Part shown: piece after piece, positions 1 through 11,000 of the stretch | How positions within the stretch are numbered: the stretch's first letter is position 1 | How the letters are laid out: the number at the start of each line of letters is the position of its first letter | Source of the DNA: Spongospora subterranea f. sp. subterranea | Taxonomy: Eukaryota | Direction of reading: 5' to 3' | Length of the DNA stretch: 21,483 nt | Assembly: GCA_049724395.1 (NCBI GenBank) | Contig: JAUGWO010000024.1 | Span: 186,001 to 207,483 of the forward strand | Notes under the pieces: generated by a model | What the model saw: the letters and a program-made list of their open reading frames with translations, nothing else | Told to the model about the DNA's origin: nothing | Databases searched by the model: none | Position numbers and translations under genes: made by a program

Positions 1-98
1 ACATGAATCAGTCGCGAAGTGGCTAAAACGGTGTCGCCCTCGAAACATCGTTTGGTCCTCGCGGGCAGAAGATGCTAATAATTCCAGCTAAAAATCCG

Positions 99-680
99 AT
101 GGGTAGGATTGTTGAGACAGCAATGACGTTTTGATAGATTTGTCTGAGCAGGGCGACGTAAAATCGAGATCGCTGAATTGCCCGCCGGCAAACAAAGGAC
201 GGCAACGTTCAGAAAAAGAAAAGCTGGGCGTACGTTAACGGTTATAACAAATTGATTGCATGTAGAAAACCTGATATATAGTTGTAAAAAAAGCTGTCGA
301 GCTGGCGACGCTTACTGACTGTGATATCGGTACACGCCACCATTTCACATCTTCCTTCTCAATTTATGCTTCGTGTAGCGATGATCATTATGCGAAAAAA
401 CCAAGTCGTTCAGTTCTCGACTAAGAATATTTCTGACATTTGGGAGGAATTCCATTCTGCAAATTCCCGCAAAATCGACGATCTGACAGATCTGCCGGAT
501 TTGGACATCGCAGATATCTGGCAGAACGCTGCGCAACCGTTTGGGGCAACAACAGCCTACGACATAAATCCAATTTACGAGAACGGTTCAACAACTCAAG
601 CGCTGCCGTTGCTTGCACGAGGACATATTGTTTATCCTGCGATCATCACAAATTACGATCTTGGATCACCGGATTTTTGA
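99..680 (+). CDS. MADS-box transcription factor (MEF2/type II-like), 4 coding exons: 99-102, 152-229, 282-329, 379-680; 143 aa
   Basis: Manual splicing at GT-AG introns 103-151, 230-281 and 330-378 gives an open 432-nt CDS starting MGRRKIEIAELPAGKQRTATFRKRKAGLVKKAVELATLTDCDIAMIIMRKNQVVQFST, a clear MADS-domain pattern (MGRxKI...TFxKRKxGLxKKAxELxxLxDCxIA). The last exon corresponds to ORF 321..680. Confidence 0.9.
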
Positions 681-746
681 TTTTGAAAAACATAGCGTTC
701 TTTTATACATATACAGTAAATAAAATGACATGGATGACAATACATT

Positions 747-2959
747 CTACACAGATAGAGGATAAAGGACGTCATCCGGTAAATAGGGAACCATTGGAGG
801 AGCAGGTGGGGTGACAGATGTCAATCCCCCTTCCGGCAAGCTGATGAACGTAACGGACACCTTGATCAGGAATGATTGCCTCTCGGAGTCAGTAACTGTC
901 CTCATCTGCCATCTAAATTGCCGCGCTGAGTTGGAGACACAATATTCACGATAAACATGGCGCTGACGTTGTTGTCCCGTATTTGACCCTGGCAGCCACA
1001 ATCGTCGATTGTGGATTAGATACACTTCCTAGAAAACCAGTAAGCACCTCGATCTGCAGCGAATCGACGACTCCGATACATGAGTTTCGGATTGATGACC
1101 AGATCTGCAAATCTGTTTCAGAAACAGTTGTGAATGCTCACAATGGCAATACAAAAGAGGACGGCGGATCGTCTTTTGTCACAAACACCCATTCCGACGG
1201 ATTGTTATACGAAGAATTTCCCCATTGCCCAAGATAAAGCGGATCCAGCACATTCAGGTAATCGGAGATTTTTCCGGCCCGACACATAGTTTCGAGTTCA
1301 GTCGCAGAAAGATGGATCAAACAGCTGGACAATAAAGATTCTCCGAAGCCAACAACAATCCGATCCGACTCCAACAGCGAACAAGATGAAGTCGAACTCG
1401 CTAAGATGTTAGTCAGCTTCGAGCTCAGAGCATGGATAGCGTTGTACCATGAAGTGTCAATCCATTAACTTGCTGCTCAATGAACTCCCTTCCGTTTAGT
1501 ATCACTTTTTGACCGGCAAGAAGTGGATATCCAGGTAGATATCCAGGATTGCCCGACTTCGGCCTGCTATCATCTATTTGGACCCAATCCTGATGTTGTG
1601 AATTAGTGTGAAGTTTGTTCTGAGCTGGTGCAGAATTTGATCCTAACCCTGATGAAAGTGGTAGAAAAAGTTTGCTCAACTTTTGCTGAAGCAGAAGGAG
1701 AGCATTTTCCGCTAGCAGTAACATTCGAGACTTTTAGTGATGCTCTTACAAACGATATTTGTCCAGATTTACTGTAGCCGATGTTATAGGAGACCTTAAA
1801 AGAATATAAAAGATGTTTGAATAAGCACTTGTTTGAAAACCTACTCCAACGATAGCGTTAGTGCAAACACAAGATGCATTCACATAAACTGGAACGGGGA
1901 CATTTGCAACCGGTGTTCTGACTTTGGTAACGGGGTCTTCATAAAATATAGACGTTACGTTGACGGAGAGATAGCCTGATGGAACTTCAGGCGAAGCGGT
2001 CGCTGTCTACATGCGTAAAGTTTAATCATAGGTGAAGAATAACGCAAAGCTTAGGCCTACCATGCCGACGAACATATTGGTTGTATATGTCGCAGAGCTG
2101 AGGATCCCTGTACAAGCCGATGACAATGGGCTCAGGGACCGTGAACACACAGTTGATACGTCTTGCTCAAATAAAGCAAACGAGGCGTCGTTGCCTGATG
2201 GAGACATTTAAACCCAATATTCAATCTAAATTGATTCAAAATTACATTCATTTGTAAATCCGGTTGAAGGCATCGGCAGGAACCCGAGACCATATGGAAC
2301 CAATTGCTGCAAAGAGTTCTTCCGTGCAGAAACGATCGGAAACCCAGTTCGATATTTAATGGTCGAATAAATGGGATCAGGGCTTCGCGATATCTGAAAA
2401 CTGAAGGGCTCCATTGCACGATAATCGTCAAACATGCCGCTTGTAATTTTAGTAGGATACGCCTCATAATATGTTCCAGTAACCGGATTGTTTGTTTCCT
2501 GATGAATTGCATCATCAAAGCGCTGATTTTGATTCTGTTTAAACTTACCTTGACACAGAGCATGTTGTCAACAAAGGTGTAAATTAAATCTTGGCGTTGA
2601 TTTGCCCTGAATAAAGATGAATCTACACATTTCACGAAGTCTGTCGTAGCAGCAGTGCTAGAAACAACACTTGAGAACAAGGCTATTTCCTCTTGGGAAC
2701 AATCTGGATCGCATGCACATGAGACATCGCATCTCTCAAACGTCATATCGCAAGTGCATGGACCTAGTAGCTTCTTGTTCAGAAGCCAAAACAGTCAAAC
2801 TGTAAACTGGATTTATTTCATACCGAGATCACGAGAAACAGAACCCTGAAAAGCGTCGTTGACCACTACCTTGCTGGTATCAATTGGATATGTGCTGTTG
2901 GCCAATGAACAATCGGTTAGATGTAAAATCACCGTCATTAAAACGGTTAACAGGACCAT
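747..2959 (-). CDS. TCTN: Tectonic-family ciliary transition-zone protein, 10 exons, ~579 aa
   Basis: Signal-peptide-like start MVLLTVLMTVILHLTDCSLA; Cys motif GPCTCDMTFERCDVSCACDPDC; ECND..F; SGNPGYLPGYPLLAG; GSVSNPQSTIV; C-terminal LPDDVLYPL. Nine GT-AG introns (2764-2823, 2499-2548, 2195-2245, 2007-2060, 1795-1844, 1590-1647, 1401-1447, 1105-1152, 913-967) restore one continuous frame of 1740 nt. Confidence 0.93.
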
Positions 2960-3550
2960 CTTCCCTAACGACACCCGAAACTACCTCTCCACAATAACGA
3001 TTAAATGAACTCTTTAGTCACTTTCCAGCAGTCAACGATACCAGTGTTGGATAGTATGGGCTGCGCCAGTACGATCCCTGGCCAGGTTCAACGGGGATAA
3101 TTCTAATGACGACAATACTACAACGGCGCGATCGCCGGATAATCATGGTAATTATGGCATACCAAAAACGGAGCAGACAACGTTTTTAGGCGAAATTGTG
3201 TGTTCAAAACAGTTAGGCCTTCCTAAACCCCGGTTGGTTGTCCTGAATTGATCGGGCGTCATAGCACCACCGTCGTGTGAATGAAACAGGCAACTGCAGT
3301 GGCGACTTATTTCGCAAACTGAGACAATAGGCCGGTTATTGTGGTTACACGAGTGTTACACGTGCCGTTACCTGCAACGTCATCATGAGTCCGCGCAAGG
3401 CCGCCTGGGTCAATTGTTTTGAAAGCCGTGACTCATTGGTTTAGCCAACACCCGGCCAACAGTCGAAAAATCGCCGATACTATATTGATTTCTCTTATCC
3501 TCGACCCAAAACAAGATAATAGTGGCGATATTACTGCCTTGGGCTTTGCA

Positions 3551-4156
3551 ATGGGCAGGAAACGCATTGATATAGAACGGATCAAGGACGATAAGCGCAG
3601 GAATGAGACATTCCGTAAAAGGAAGGCCGGACTTCTCAAGAAGGTAAGAAGCTATTCTTGTTGCCGGACCACATTGCGGGTATACAGTATTTCTTTTTTT
3701 CAACCCGTTTGCTCTATAGGCTCAGGAATTAGGAACTCTATGCGATTGTGAAGTGGCTTTGAGTCAGTATTATCAGTTTCGGTATCGGAGCTTGTTCGTT
3801 AACTAACTCTGTCTGCTCCAGTTTTAATCAACGACAACAAGATTACGGCGTTCTCGAACAGCAACATTGACGGTATGTTGAACAGCTACTTTCATTCCGA
3901 AAGTGGAGTCGAGTTCGTATCCGACCCCGGTGACGCGGTCGTCGAAACCGTTCAAGAAACGGCTTTCGATCCCGACCACCTACTCAGGAAAAGACGCCGC
4001 GAACAGCTCCAGCAATACGAGGATGCCGATCCGCCGTTCAGCGCCAGCCAAGCACTGTTAACGGGATGTAGGTACCTGCCCACCGAGCAAGATTCCTATG
4101 CAGCCCAAGCCGAGTCAGACCTAAATCAGCCAGACCTGGCGACCCAATTGTTTTAA
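3551..4156 (+). CDS. MADS-box transcription factor (MEF2/type II-like), 3 exons: 3551-3643, 3720-3762, 3822-4156; 156 aa
   Basis: The spliced product reads MGRKRIDIERIKDDKRRNETFRKRKAGLLKK|AQELGTLCDCEVALI|LINDNKITAFSNSNIDGML. Introns are 3644-3719 (GTAAGA donor) and 3763-3821 (ACTAAC branch site). The final exon corresponds to ORF 3875..4156. Confidence 0.93.
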
Positions 4157-4973
4157 TGCAACTGTCTCCCAACACTTGATGGTCCTGATTCTGGTAATTG
4201 CAACAGTCGCTGCATCGCATTCAGTCGCCATTTATGATTACAACTATCGTGAAAATTGTAAGGTTTGTGTTAATGTAACCAGGCTAAATAGGCTATCAAT
4301 GCCTTACTCAGAAAACGTTTGGTCAAAATTTTTCTTTACGGAAATGAACTTATCGCTCTACCTAGTGTTCAGATTCGAATGAGAGAACTCGTCGCTAACC
4401 CCCTGAAGGCGTATGCGATAAACCAACGTCCGACTTGGCATTTGACGTTTTCACGAACAATGACGACATTGTCTCTCAAAGTTTTAGTCTCACGTTATGG
4501 TTCAAAAAGGACCGCGCCCTACCGTTGGTGACTTGTCGTCGTCAAATTTAAGTCATCGTCTTCGGTAGCTTGGCAGTTTCAACCTGATACAACTGCTGTT
4601 TTTGTAATTGTCAGTGCTGGACGTAGTAAACTGAGTGGACGCAGACTCCCGACAAAGTCAAAGAAGCAATGAGAAGGTGTCCAGAGCGTCCTTTTCCTTC
4701 ATAATTTACACTCTCTGCAAAATAACTATTGCTGCCGCCGTCGACAGCGCCCTGCCCGAGCTAGTCTTCAGCAACAACGTCTAATATTGCAGAATTGTAT
4801 TGCGTAGATTAAGAGATAATATTAAGGACAGTTCACAGCTATTGAAGTAGATCGCTCTCTGAATTTGGACCTTTCATTCCGCCATATCCAAGATCCAATC
4901 GATTAGCGTCTCACCATCAGTGCTGAGATTTATCTGGGGTTAGATTAGCAAGAGGCAACGAAAATCATAGACG

Positions 4974-5916
4974 ATGTCGGGCTCAAAGTTCATTCAGGCT
5001 GCCAGCGCCTTTGAAAAACGCCCTGAGTTGTATGTCTTGACGACACCATAAAGCCGAACCAGCAGGCTGCCTGGCTAAAACAAGGAAATTATGTGCAGAA
5101 CGGTATCGCACTGTTGTTCCATTGGCAATTTAAACCTTGACAAAATGTTGAGATTACTTCGAGCTCAAGCGCCGGTTCAAGAAGTCTGTTTACAACAGCT
5201 TCTGTCTTCGCACAGCCATGGTTCGGTCAACCGCAGCCGGCGACGACAGCGCCAGGAATGGTGTAATCAGGACTTTCCGAACGACGATGTCGACGACGGC
5301 AGCGTCGATCAGCTGCTGCGTTTCCGACGCTATGAATGTGTAAGGAAACCCGGTTACACAATCTGGCAACAAGCTGCACTTCAAACAATAGAGCTGTCAT
5401 TGCATTTGTCTAAATCCTCGATCTCGGAGCAAGTTGAAATTCGTTCAAAGGCCGATAGAGTTGGCGAGCATGAAGTCTAAACCCCCAATTGGGCGACCCA
5501 TAGTCATGATTAGCCGACGACTCAATCGGCGGTTCACAGACAGTGTGAGGTTTTCTTGTGAAACAGCGACATTCATCACATGTCTCACACGTCTGTTTGC
5601 GCTCGCTAGGTCGATGTTGAAATTCGCGAATCGTTATCGTGCTGAGACCGAGGCTGCCATTGAAGCGTACATTCAAAGCGCCAATCAAGACTACATACCG
5701 TTTCTGGAGAAAGCCGTTGCCTTGGAGCATCTGATCATTGACGTCCTTCATAACACGTTTCCGATGACGATTCCCCGTTGCCTGAACTTGATCGACCAGG
5801 TCGACGAATTGCTGCGCGACCAAAGCCTCGAGGCGTTCCAGCGCTCGGCACTGGAGAAAGTTCAGGCGATACTGAGAGAGACCTGCGTGAATCTATTAGA
5901 CCCGATAAACGACTAA
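4974..5916 (+). CDS. Hypothetical spliced protein with an alpha-helical C-terminus; model exons 4974-5029, 5085-5102, 5153-5339, 5392-5916 (5' end and extra introns uncertain)
   Basis: GT-AG introns of 50-55 nt (donors GTATGT, GTATCG, GTAAGG) join ORFs 5091..5480 and 5434..5916 into one 786-nt frame. No recognisable domain. The ATG is preceded by a possible acceptor (CATAG), so the gene may extend upstream. Confidence 0.55.
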
Positions 5917-6042
5917 ACAAATCAGTCGTAAACACTTGATTTATGCGTTTTCAACATCATCTTCAACTACACATAGCGATAATGGAATGAATCCGAATGA
6001 AGATTAAGCAGTTGACAGCTCGAACGCAGGTCGCAGTAAGGA

Positions 6043-6280
6043 TTGCAAGGCCAATGTATACCGAGAGCTCAGAAATTGATTCACATTGGTTATGCACAGA
6101 ATCAGAAATTCAACGTCCTTGATGATCCTCTGAGTGGAAAACAATATTTCGATCGGGATGTCGAATTCGACGAATTTGCGTTCAACAACAGATTCGGTCG
6201 CGACAAGTCTGATTGCGCGAATGAAGGCGATTCCTTAATTTCATAACATGAGAACGCAAATCGACTCTAAGGCCGAAGCT
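6043..6280 (+). mobile_element. Ty1/Copia pol fragment (integrase C-terminal SH3-like region), degenerate
   Basis: PRAQKLIHIGYAQNQKFNVLDDPLSGKQYFDRDVEFDE matches the Copia pattern PRAxKxIFxGY...YDP...SRDVxFDE. Confidence 0.8.
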
Positions 6281-7133
6281 CTTCCTGAGGAAACAGTTTA
6301 TAGATCTGATGACGGTACTGATGCGGAAGTTTATCCTGAAGTCGTTGATCACGAATCATCGACGTGTTCCCCACTTCCTCTCCTTCTGTTTTGACCCTCG
6401 AACCCAGCATTCTCTTTTCAACGAAGTAATCAAATCTTGTTCAGATCCCAACATGCTAATTGAGTTGTAATTCTGTCCCCCAATCCCTCAGATCCATCAA
6501 GGCCTCACATCACCTCTCTCAAAATGACCTCTGTTATCATTCCCCAATCCATTATCGACTCATGAACAACCTTAGGACGGTCATTGGTTCTATACCAAGC
6601 AGAAGGAATTCCAGCCAATGCTTAATTTCAATATATGGGCCCTGCAAGGGCTTCCATTAGATCGCAAACCGATTGATTGTAATGAAATTTCGACGCCAAG
6701 CCGAGCCTCCTCAAGGATGAAATTACAGTATCCGAAAGGTGAGAACTCGTGTCGTCATAAAGGGCTCTCAACGTGCCGGTACTGGTTTTGATAAACCTTC
6801 TCACCAATTGTTCATACCGTTCGCATCGATATGGCCTGGCGGCTCGACACAAACTGGGTTTCTCAACGTCGATATATCGACAGTGAAATTTATATAAAGC
6901 AACCACGCTTCGGCGTTATAGTCGATTTAAGTTCTCATGTTATGAAATTGTTGACCAGTGCCGAGAAATCGCCTTTATTCGTGCAATCAAACTTGTCGCG
7001 GCCGAATCCGTAGTTAAACGCGAAATCGTCGATTCGACATCCTGACCGAAATGTGTTTTCCACTAAAACAATCATAAAGGATGTAGGGTTTTTGATTCTG
7101 GCATAACCAATGAAAATGAATTTCTGAGCTCCA
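6061..7133. repeat. Imperfect inverted repeat: arms ~6061-6279 and ~6907-7133, spacer ~630 nt
   Basis: The reverse complement of the right arm aligns with the left at roughly 80% by eye (shared gagctcagaaatt, cattggttatgc, cgcgacaagt, aatttcataacatgagaac, gccgaagc), with one indel of about 13 nt. Confidence 0.9.
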
Positions 7134-7590
7134 GGTTCGATATCGGATCGTTCCTTAGCTTGAAATTGCCTAAGGATCACGCCACCCCGCCAAATCTACG
7201 AAGGTAGTTGATCATGGGAACCGTGTCAAATGACGCTTGAAGTGGGAATATCCGATTGGAAAGGAAAGAGGCCGGCTATAAAGGTGTCAGACAACTTTAA
7301 TTACCCACGGAAAACACTTGAATGGAAGTTTAATCAAAATGCGACAACAAGCAAAGAGCGATACACGTCAATGTGGGCATTGCCTTCGGCGATACCGTTA
7401 GACTGCGAGTTTCCAGGGACATATTATCCACCGGTATCAGACATTGAATGAAGATTGCCAAAAATTGTCGTATTGTGTAGTGGAGATGCGCCGATAAAGC
7501 ATTTCAGTTGCTGAAATTGTTCGGACTTGCTCGTCGTGTCGGGACACGGTGCAAAAACGGCTTTGTATACAGATGTATCACCAGTTCACC
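6900..7590 (-). mobile_element. Ty1/Copia integrase relic (core plus SH3-like region), with stops, frameshifts and an internal deletion; may extend down to ~6630
   Basis: Minus-strand translation gives, in Copia order: SKSEQFQQLKCF, SDTGG*Y (SDNGGEY-like; stop at 7424-7426), PGNSQSNGIAE, PMINYLRRFGGVA (LRVFGC-like), and PGAQKFIFIGY. Further downstream, LMEALAGP resembles the pre-RT EALxGP motif. Confidence 0.85.
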
Positions 7591-8052
7591 ACATTACTAA
7601 AAGCAACTCTGTAAAAAACACGCTATTTTACTGGGGGTGTTCTTCTTGAAATCAACCCATTTTGCGGCGGGCTCATCCGGAAATACAAAGCATCTTGGAG
7701 CGTGTGCTCGGGCCATTTCGTCGATACGCCAAAGTTGCAGACTCTAGCTACGGTCTAAACCATGCAGTGCTCACTACACTGGCTCGCCATGCTGCAAATG
7801 CGACCTGGCGTAGATCAAAACCATACGGACGGAAACGATTTTCAGTACCTGTATGTAAATATTTTGTGGTTGATTGTGTACAATTCATTCAAAATCGGCC
7901 GAAGATAATTGCGTTTGGCTGCCTTTTATTCAGCAAATGTGCTGTATAGCGCTAGTTCCTTGTTTGACTGATCCCAGGATTTCAACGGGCTTAGCTCTGT
8001 GTTCAGGCATCCCGGCAGGCGCCTGCACTGAGCTCCGGACCCAGCGTTCGCG

Positions 8053-11000
8053 ATGGAGTTCGACAGCAGCGATTGTGGATCATGCCTGAGCAACGACTGG
8101 GACATGGAGACCACCAATCCCGGGAGCGATGATATGAACGGACTCGATGACGACGCGGAATCCGTTGGTCATGCTGACGAAAATCAGTTTTCCGCTGTGT
8201 TTTAGTATGCAATCATCACTGCTTGCTCCTGCTTTGCCAAACTCAAACTGAATCTCCTGTTTTATCATTAACGGTTTACACTTGTTTGTAAAACGTCCTT
8301 AAGTATCGTATACGCTGTTTATTCATCTGGTTGCCAGTTTACGTTGCATTCGGCGTTGCCGTCCACTTGAGTCACGTTGCGGCTAACCAACTCCACCTCA
8401 CGTTTCTAACTAACGGTTCCACAGACCACGGACAAATCAAGTTTCGGTTTCCAACTCGGCTTCTGAGTTTTTTGTTTTTTGCTCTATTTATTTACACTGT
8501 GCAGAGGACCCATGTTTTTTGTGACGCCCAACACCCGTTCCATCACATACTGCAATGGCCTGGACTTATATATCTGATTGTTTTTGCGAAGCGACGAGTG
8601 CGAAGAGTTAAACCTTTTGTCCGGAATTCGTGGCTGCCACCTACTGTCGCGGTGACCGGACGATCCGAATTCGAATCGCTATATTGACTAGCTCTTATGA
8701 ACTACCGAGAGGTGATCAAAAAATTTTGTGTTTGGTTGAGCACGGTTTTACATCCTTTTTTACGGACACCATCAGTTTTGAAGGGCTTTGCACCATCTAG
8801 CTATTTTTTTTGTGTGGGTGACTGAAACTTGGAACCTAGAACATTTGCTGGCAATCGGGGTCGATACAGAACGGGTGTTGGCTCTTGAGGTTTTCCTTTC
8901 TGGACACTACCTCTCCAACATTGATCACGTTGCCGTTGGAACACTTGGTAAATTTCTGTGGATCACTTGTGGGGTAATGTGGTCATCCTGTGGCAGCAGA
9001 TGTAAATGGACTTTGCACGCTTGAGGACAAGCTGACGCCATGCTCGTTATCACGACCGCTTGCCCATCGCATCCGCTGTTGGCTGATTGAGGTGTGGGGC
9101 AAAATTGAAAAGTTAGCGCATTGCAGTATTCTGGCTGGTTTGTAATTGTTTTCAAAGAAAACCCAACACGCGATCTTCGAAAATCGGGCATATTATGCCA
9201 GTTACCAATGCTGACTACTCTTGGGCTTTAACTGCATTGGTAGCAAAAAGGGGCGATGTCAATGATGCGATTGTTGAACTATCGAAACATGACTTTATGC
9301 CACAAACATACAAAGTTAGGAATACGCCTTCAATGCTTGTATGTGTTGACATGTACTTGCTTGATTAGGATATTGGCACATTCGTCAATGAAGAGCATGT
9401 CACATCCTTGGCTCGCTCCGCCAAAGTATCGAGAGATGCGTCGCAGCTGGCCTTACAGCTTTCAAATTGGTATGTTCCAAACCTTCACGTTTGCTCAAGA
9501 AGTCAATTCTACAGCGATAGGGTTTTACGCGACGCCGTCAAACTAATGAAGCTCCGAGGGCCACGATTGTTGATTATGGCCTCATCTTCCGACCTGAAAG
9601 TGAACGTGACGACCGTGAGCAGGTAAAGAATGGTTTTGAGGATGCGGTGAACTGCGGTCAAAGTGCCTTCAGATTGTTGTCCCTCATGACAGACCACAAT
9701 TCACTGTCACTTATTGCTGACCAGTTTCTCAAACGACTCTTAACGATTAACGAGACATGTTATCAATGTGATGGCCCTCTACCAATTGTCATGTTGCGCC
9801 CTGCAATTTGCGATCGGCCTCTATGTAATCACCAGTTCGAAGAGTGCGGATTAGGTAATTCTGGTTTCAAATTAAAAATCTAATCGCCCTGGTGTTTGCC
9901 GAACGCAAAGACTCCTCAGGTTTTTCGTTGGAGGAGGAGATTTGTCACCGACCTGAAATATGCGACCTTCTTATCTCGATGTGTGCTGCTGCGTCAAAGG
10001 TTCGTTATTTCTTTAAAACTGCGATGAAGACTTGTCGTCACATTCGCTCTAGTCAGACCGCCTTTCTGTATTCTTTCCCAAAGCTCTCCAAGATTTAAGA
10101 TCGGGTAAGATGCTTTCAACGTCCCTTCAAGTAAGTATTCTGCATTCGTTTTTAGTAAATTGGCAGATTTGAACCTAATTCAGGACATATCTCGAATTGG
10201 AAATATACTAGACCTTTGTCCCCGCATCACTTCCCTGGCCGAGTTCGCCGCCACTGGCACATTGGACGCGGAACTCAGGGAACGCAATCCTCTTTTGCCT
10301 TGTTTGCTACGATGGTATTTCTGTCGTGCATGTTTCTCGTCCCGTGCTCAACAATTGATAGGATCATTACTTCAAATCGAAGTCATATCCGTGCGCTTGC
10401 AAGCTCTGAAACGTTCTCGCAGGTTCTCGCTGGCCATCAGGTATCAATGCGAAGAATATGTTCGCATGTTTTTTAACTGGTTTCCAGTTTGTTTTGATGA
10501 CGTCGTCACCCGAAAAAGAGGCTCGATTCCAGTCGTACGTCAGAGAAGCGCGCAAACAAAGTTCAAACGCATTTGAGTACGCTTTTCATGGCTCAGGCAA
10601 GGGGAATTGGCACTCCATATTGAGGCAAGGTTTGTGGCCACTGATATCCTTCCGCGAATCAACTACCTCACATACGATGATGTTTGATTGATTCAATAGG
10701 GCTGTTGAACATGAGCGGGACTCAGCATCAATTGCATGGAGCAGCATACGGAAGCGGTGTTTATATGGCCCCTGAGTATGTTCAATCGTTTTCGGTTTGT
10801 TGCAATCGAATCGCGCTGATTTGCAGATATTAGTTTGTGCACGTCGTTAGCGTACTCGAAAATGTCTGGCGGCTCAGGTTGGAAGAACTCCATGTTCGGG
10901 GAAACATGGCAAGCATTAGCGTTGTGCGAATTGGCCAACACCTCCAGGCTAAGAAAGCCAAACCCATATTGGTAAATTAACACGCATTCCCGCGATGGGT

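Noticed and set aside
3367..3378. GTTACCTGCAAC resembling an RFX X-box upstream of the ciliary gene
   Set aside because: It is an imperfect match, lies ~400 nt from the ATG, and there is no evidence that this lineage has RFX factors.
7230..7451. 73-aa plus-strand ORF
   Set aside because: It is antisense to the Copia integrase relic, whose motifs on the minus strand explain the region.
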